Below are positions 58,967 through 64,000 of a DNA stretch of 64,000 nt, piece after piece; the first letter of the stretch is position 1, and every line of letters begins with the position of its first letter. The notes under the pieces were generated by a model, which was given only the letters and a program-made list of their open reading frames with translations, ran no database searches and had not been told where the DNA came from. Location of the stretch: the NCBI GenBank assembly GCA_965204575.1, contig OZ241993.1:1664001-1728000 (forward strand). Reading direction: 5' to 3'. A program made the translations under genes and the position numbers. This stretch comes from an uncultured candidatus Porisulfidus sp. (GTDB lineage Bacteria > Pseudomonadota > Gammaproteobacteria > Poriferisulfidales > Poriferisulfidaceae).

Positions 58967-61717
58967 TTAGCGTCGCGCGGCAGCTGAAAGGCGACGAAAC
59001 TCTGGAAAGTCGCTAAGAGCTGGGGCTACCGACAAGATTTGATCTAGTGCATCGGACAAGTCATCAGGAATAATGTCGTCTTCGGAAGTTCCTATAGTCG
59101 AATCAAGTAACCGCAAAAATGCCCTTGCTTTAGGCTCATCGTCAATGAGTACAAGTTTCTTTATCCCATTTTCATCGCCATAAAGATCGTAATCAATCAT
59201 TGACCAGCATCTAAATGGCACCAGAAAACGTTCAATTAAATCTACAGTCTCGGCAAAAGCAGTCTTGGAGGTGGCAGGCAAAACTGCTAACGCACGACTA
59301 ATATCTGGTGTAGTCAGAGAGCGTTCTTGTGGCCACACATTTTGGAGGAAAGGTTTCGCGGATAAACGAAACAGGTCTTCTGCCGACAACACAGTGCCAT
59401 TTTCGAGTTCCTTTCCAGAAAGATCCTGTATAAATCGCCGAATAGTATCAGCCGCTGCTACACGAGTTTCACTGTCAGAGGATCGGAGCATTTGTTGAAT
59501 GCGAGAGTTAGCGACCGCTGGTTCACCGCTTTCTCGTAAAGCATGTAGGGAATCGACAACGAGACTAAAAACGAGGCTTTCTCGCTCATCACGACCGAGT
59601 CGCTGATCAGTAACCTTGTTGACCATATCAGGGCCAATAATTTCTAAGACTTCGGCATATTGCCTCTGTCGTGCGACAGAGACCCAAAGAACTAGAGATT
59701 CTTCTCCATCTTCTTGAAGAGGAGAGATCAAATGCTTTTTTGTCCAAGCAAGGTCAGCACGAAAAAAATACGGTAAGTGCTCAATCAATCGGTATCTTGC
59801 AATCAAACCACTCTGGCCTTTAGCTTGTATTACTTTATTTCGCATTTGGCGCAACGCACTTCTGGGCGTAAAAGGATTCATGCTTTTCTTTAGTCTGGGA
59901 CATGCTGCTAGAAATACGCCAATGAGTCTTCCTGATGGTGTGTTAAGCGTATCAATATCTTTAACCTGTTGATTGTCTCCCTCAGAAACAGGCCAAACAT
60001 TCAAATTTATATCATCTTCTGGTTCACGCTCAGCGTTAGTCGCTTCAACAGCAATTGGCCAAATTCGCAACCAAACTGGTGTCCCTAAAGGCGACGCGAC
60101 AACTTGTCTATCCCAAGCACCCAACCAACTGCTAATACCTGCGATAGCGCTTGACAGAGTTGACTTAGACAGTTTTTTTAACAGTATGAGGACTCGTTCT
60201 GCTTCAATTATTGAGTCGCGCCGCAAAATCTTTTCTTCCACAGGCTGCTCAGGTCTGTGTCTCCAGCCAAAGCCACCCCACACATGCGGAAATTCATTCT
60301 TATCGCTCTGAATAGACTCTAGGTCCTCAAGAATAAGGGTTGCTTTCCCTGGTTGCTGCAACCAAGCATCTGCTGCCGCTGCAGAATCATTGTCCCAACT
60401 GTTCTGCTCACTCCCCAAAGCCTTTTCTAAAGCGTGGAGGCGTTGACCTCCTTGGAGAAAATCGTACTGATCATCGGGATGAGAAATTACCCTAGAGGCT
60501 TCAGGACATTCAGGGAAATCCTCTTCCAGAGTCATCCCAGAAAGATCAGGAAATTGCGTGATTTCTGCCTTCAGCCAAGTCTGCGCTTTATCTGACAACT
60601 TGCCCCCTGCCAACTCTATGCGCCTTAATTCCCGAAGAATCCAACGTAGGCGTATGTTTTCTATCCTCTCCAGACCTAATTCTTTTGCCCAATAGCGATG
60701 TGGTGGGCCTTTCCGGAGTCGGGTAATTATGGCTTTTTGTGTTTGATGGCTGAAGGCAGAATAACGTCGTGCTCGGAGTGCAGAAATTTCTGGATATTGC
60801 CTAGTATCCCAAAACTGATTTAGATCAAGTTCAGAAAAAAATGTTTCAACCTCCTCTGCTAGCGCCAAGGAAGGATCCAGTGCAGTAGCAGCCCATAACC
60901 GAGCATGGACGGGAGAACTACTGAAAAGCCAACGTTGGACAAATGGTCGTGCTGACGTGCTTCTCAATTTCGCGAGATGTACTACAACAGCATAAAGAAG
61001 CTTGACTACGGGGGCTATGCCGCGACTATAAGCATCAGGTTCAATTCTCTCGTAAAAGCCATGAGTTTGTTGTCCGTAGCCCGCCCAACGTAGTTGACCT
61101 AATCGAAAAGACCACTTCATGCCATCCCAGCCGATTCGGCGAGCGATGTTTAATCCACGGTTCATGGCAGCATCAAGTCCATCTGCCAAAGCAATCAAAA
61201 ACGAAATTTCTTCGATCTCTTCCAAGTCCAAGTAATTCAAAATAGTAAGTCTATTGCTCGTTAATCCCGCCCATAGTAAGTGGTCGAATGTCCTAGGGCG
61301 ATGAGGTTTTTTAATTTCCCCGTACAGCGAAGGTCCAACTGGCTTAACTTCTAGATATGGTTCAACAGAGTTCACAATTTGAGAGATGATCGCACCAGAT
61401 CTATCTCCATCTTCAAGTCGTTTTTGGATAATTGCCATTGATACGTCATCATCAACGAATTCATGAGACCAGCTTTCTTCAATTAATCGCCACGCACTTC
61501 TCCAAGGTTCGGCGATTTTGCGCCCGTCCATCCCATTTAATACACGAATGATTGCCATTCGCTCAACATGCTGGCTTGGGCTCAACTGTAATGCCCATTC
61601 GATTGCATCGGAATCAGTAAGTCGATTTTTCACAAAGGAAACAACCGTCCAAAATGTTGTTTGGTCTTTGCCCGTGAGAATAACTTGGTCAGAAATCACT
61701 AGGTGTATCTCCCGCAT
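58967..61717 (-). CDS. Large helical protein resembling the non-catalytic C-terminal part of Dsr1-type sirtuin defence proteins
   Basis: ~910 aa, Trp/Leu-rich; overlaps the SIR2 stop; probable GTG start at 61699 with GGGAG SD. Confidence 0.65.
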   Translation of the reverse strand: MREIHLVISDQVILTGKDQTTFWTVVSFVKNRLTDSDAIEWALQLSPSQHVERMAIIRVLNGMDGRKIAEPWRSAWRLIEESWSHEFVDDDVSMAIIQKRLEDGDRSGAIISQIVNSVEPYLEVKPVGPSLYGEIKKPHRPRTFDHLLWAGLTSNRLTILNYLDLEEIEEISFLIALADGLDAAMNRGLNIARRIGWDGMKWSFRLGQLRWAGYGQQTHGFYERIEPDAYSRGIAPVVKLLYAVVVHLAKLRSTSARPFVQRWLFSSSPVHARLWAATALDPSLALAEEVETFFSELDLNQFWDTRQYPEISALRARRYSAFSHQTQKAIITRLRKGPPHRYWAKELGLERIENIRLRWILRELRRIELAGGKLSDKAQTWLKAEITQFPDLSGMTLEEDFPECPEASRVISHPDDQYDFLQGGQRLHALEKALGSEQNSWDNDSAAAADAWLQQPGKATLILEDLESIQSDKNEFPHVWGGFGWRHRPEQPVEEKILRRDSIIEAERVLILLKKLSKSTLSSAIAGISSWLGAWDRQVVASPLGTPVWLRIWPIAVEATNAEREPEDDINLNVWPVSEGDNQQVKDIDTLNTPSGRLIGVFLAACPRLKKSMNPFTPRSALRQMRNKVIQAKGQSGLIARYRLIEHLPYFFRADLAWTKKHLISPLQEDGEESLVLWVSVARQRQYAEVLEIIGPDMVNKVTDQRLGRDERESLVFSLVVDSLHALRESGEPAVANSRIQQMLRSSDSETRVAAADTIRRFIQDLSGKELENGTVLSAEDLFRLSAKPFLQNVWPQERSLTTPDISRALAVLPATSKTAFAETVDLIERFLVPFRCWSMIDYDLYGDENGIKKLVLIDDEPKARAFLRLLDSTIGTSEDDIIPDDLSDALDQILSVAPALSDFPEFRRLSAAARR

Positions 61718-62897
61718 TTTCTCTATTTACTCTCACAATGGCATCAAGCCATTCCATATCTGCTTTTACTTTAGATGCTATTTCTGATAAGTGGATACGT
61801 TCACTACTGTTACTCCTTCTGAAGAAGTGATCGAAAAGATCTCGATCTGTATCGGTAGCACTTCCTCGCGGGTTTTTAACAATTCGGCGAATTTCTTTTT
61901 CGACTGCATTTTCTTTTCCATTAATTACAGAAAGATTAGCCCATCGTTCAAAAACCTCATGTAGGACAACATGATCATCACCACTGTGGTAGTGAATTGG
62001 AGTGATTCCGCGAGATTTCCAGTCTTCCAATGCGACAGGGTCTCGTGTGCGTGCACCAAAAAAAGTGAATCGTTCCTTGAGGTCATCAAAGCGATGTCCA
62101 TCTGCAGCAACGGCATTGAGAAGGTATCTCATCGGCGGATCGTTTGCACTATAGCCAACCAACACTAAGCTAAACAAGCGGGCCGCATCGTAGATAAAAT
62201 CGGGAACAATACGTCGCCTTAGATAAAATTCACCAAAATCTTGATCCGAAAGGACAAGTTCAGAATGACGCTTGGGGTCCGTAGCCAGCGCCCCATGGAT
62301 GTGAAGTACTCCTGAAAAATCTATTCGTTTTGTTGGTCGTGGGATTTCCCCTAATGAATAAGTCTCGGGTGAAAGACGAAGGCGCCCACCTGCAGCCTCA
62401 AGCAAGCGATCAAAGTTGGTCGTAACAATCGTTACTGCATTGCCACGAACAGCAAGGCGCATAAGATTTCTATGAATATCCGAGTATTTCTTGCCTTTTG
62501 CACGCAGAATATCATTGACTTTCTGCCTTACTTGGCTATCTCCTTTTGCCCAATCGTCTAAACGGCGTTCAAGCATACCAAGTACAACATCGTAATCACC
62601 GGCAATATACCTTTTCACTTCGGCTGTTTGAAATTGATTAAGACTCGAACAATCCACTCCCCATTTATTGCATATTCCACGTGGCAAATCGACAAGAATC
62701 TGATGCACTGGTGAGTCAAGCTCCTGATACACACTCAACACAAGGTCTCGAAAATCAGGCAGACCTGCTGATTTTGAAATACCTGCACCACAAATAAACA
62801 GTACTTCTCCACGTCCGTGTGCTAGCAATAGACGCTCAGGAATCGGAGGGAGCCCTTCACCAAGGACAATTTCACGATCTTCCTTAATTTGAGTCAT
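61689..62897 (-). CDS. SIR2-family NADase domain protein (Dsr1-like N-terminus)
   Basis: PPIPERLLLAH..GEVLFICGAGIS..GLP.F, VTTNFD, HIHG, LVGYSANDP. Confidence 0.88.
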   Translation of the reverse strand: MTQIKEDREIVLGEGLPPIPERLLLAHGRGEVLFICGAGISKSAGLPDFRDLVLSVYQELDSPVHQILVDLPRGICNKWGVDCSSLNQFQTAEVKRYIAGDYDVVLGMLERRLDDWAKGDSQVRQKVNDILRAKGKKYSDIHRNLMRLAVRGNAVTIVTTNFDRLLEAAGGRLRLSPETYSLGEIPRPTKRIDFSGVLHIHGALATDPKRHSELVLSDQDFGEFYLRRRIVPDFIYDAARLFSLVLVGYSANDPPMRYLLNAVAADGHRFDDLKERFTFFGARTRDPVALEDWKSRGITPIHYHSGDDHVVLHEVFERWANLSVINGKENAVEKEIRRIVKNPRGSATDTDRDLFDHFFRRSNSSERIHLSEIASKVKADMEWLDAIVRVNRENAGDTPSDF

Positions 62898-62965
62898 GTG
62901 TAAATAAGTTTCAATACGCCTGTGTCTACCCTCATTGATGAACAGTTCGAAATCCTGCAATGACT

Positions 62966-64000
62966 TCAAGTTTCCATTTGATATCCGGCAACCGACTTTC
63001 TAATCCCTTCCGTATCCAAGCCCACCGACGCCAACTGTTCCTCACGAGCCCCATGCTCCACATAGTGATCCGGCAGACCCAATTGCAACAACCGCACAGA
63101 ACTATTCAAATCCAAGGCCTCGCTCACCGCGCTGCCCGCCCCGCCTGCCACCACGTTGTCCTCGACCGTCACCAGCAGGCTGTGGGTCCCCGCCACTTCG
63201 TTCAGACACTCTATATCCAGAGGCTTGACGAAACGCATGTCGATCAGCGTCGCATCCAGTTCCTCCGCGACCGGGGCCACCTGATCCAACAAGCTGCCAA
63301 ACACCAGGAACGCGATCTCCCTCCCTTCGCGAACCTTCCGCGCCTTGCCGATCGGGATCGGCTCCAAAGTCTTCTCAACCTCGATCCCCGGTCCCTTGCC
63401 ACGCGGATAACGCACCGCCGCCGGACCTTCGTGCAGATATCCGGTCGTCAGCATCTTCCGGCATTCGTTTTCATCGGACGGCGCCATAATCACCACGCCC
63501 GGCAAACAACGCAAGTAGGACAGGTCGAAAGCACCGACATGGGTCTTCCCATCGTTCCCGACCATCCCGGCCCGGTCGATGGCAAGCAGCACGTCCAGTT
63601 CCTGAACCACGATGTCATGGACCAACTGGTCGTATCCGCGCTGCAGGAATGTCGAGTAGATGGCCACCACCGGCTTCGCGCCCGCACAGGCCATGCCCGC
63701 GCCCACGGTAACCGAATGCTGCTCAGCGATCCCGACATCGAAATAACGGTCCGGATGCTCTTTCTCAAAGCGAACCAAGCCACTGCCCTCCCGCATCGCC
63801 GGAGTGACCGCCATCAATCGGGGGTCCGCGGCGGCCTGGTCACACAGCCACTCGCCGAACACCTGCGTATACGTCGGCCCTCCGCTTGATCCTTTCTTCT
63901 CCACGCCGATTTCCGGATCGAAGGTCGGCACCGCGTGGTAGCCCACGGGGTCTCCTTCTGCCGGCTCGTAGCCCATTCCTTTCTGGGTGATGACGTGCAA
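62966..64000 (-). CDS. dxs: 1-deoxy-D-xylulose-5-phosphate synthase (5' end outside window)
   Basis: [46 protein letters not shown]. Confidence 0.97.
   Translation of the reverse strand: MHVITQKGMGYEPAEGDPVGYHAVPTFDPEIGVEKKGSSGGPTYTQVFGEWLCDQAAADPRLMAVTPAMREGSGLVRFEKEHPDRYFDVGIAEQHSVTVGAGMACAGAKPVVAIYSTFLQRGYDQLVHDIVVQELDVLLAIDRAGMVGNDGKTHVGAFDLSYLRCLPGVVIMAPSDENECRKMLTTGYLHEGPAAVRYPRGKGPGIEVEKTLEPIPIGKARKVREGREIAFLVFGSLLDQVAPVAEELDATLIDMRFVKPLDIECLNEVAGTHSLLVTVEDNVVAGGAGSAVSEALDLNSSVRLLQLGLPDHYVEHGAREEQLASVGLDTEGIRKSVAGYQMET

Noticed and set aside
1-64000. tRNA, rRNA or CRISPR arrays
   Set aside because: None recognised on either strand by eye

Overview
Chromosomal window from a GC-rich proteobacterium, most consistent with a gammaproteobacterium (inference from gene order). 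The housekeeping backbone is hemA-prfA-prmC, gatCAB, mreBCD, rnd, persulfide dioxygenase, bolA, two c-type cytochromes, SulP, an LPS mini-cluster, slt, metY, ypjD/ccsA and dxs. It is interrupted by at least five visibly more AT-rich islets rich in defence-type genes, with no integrase in the window. These include RloA/RloB (AbiL-like), AAA-DUF4143, a PIN-plus-membrane protein, Mrr, DUF6765, Shedu, GmrSD-Schlafen, DUF4238, XRE-ImmA plus PIN, Schlafen-HATPase, an AEP primase-helicase, a GHKL ATPase pair, HicB and a split Dsr1-like sirtuin. An intact IS1380-family element with TIRs and a 6-bp target duplication sits between gatC and mreB. The most notable unannotated structure is at 44.2-44.6 kb, divergent from the XRE-metallopeptidase/PIN operon. 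There, a near-consensus sigma70 promoter overlaid by a perfect 11-2-11 palindrome points at a 38-aa Arg-rich ORF with a strong RBS, which is enclosed by a ~20-bp long-range stem. Other candidates are the two-gene GHKL cassette bracketed by a 300-bp duplication of the ypjD 3' end, the split sirtuin, and a riboflavin-kinase-like domain fused to a GT4 glycosyltransferase. All family calls come from reading motifs by eye; no database search was run.
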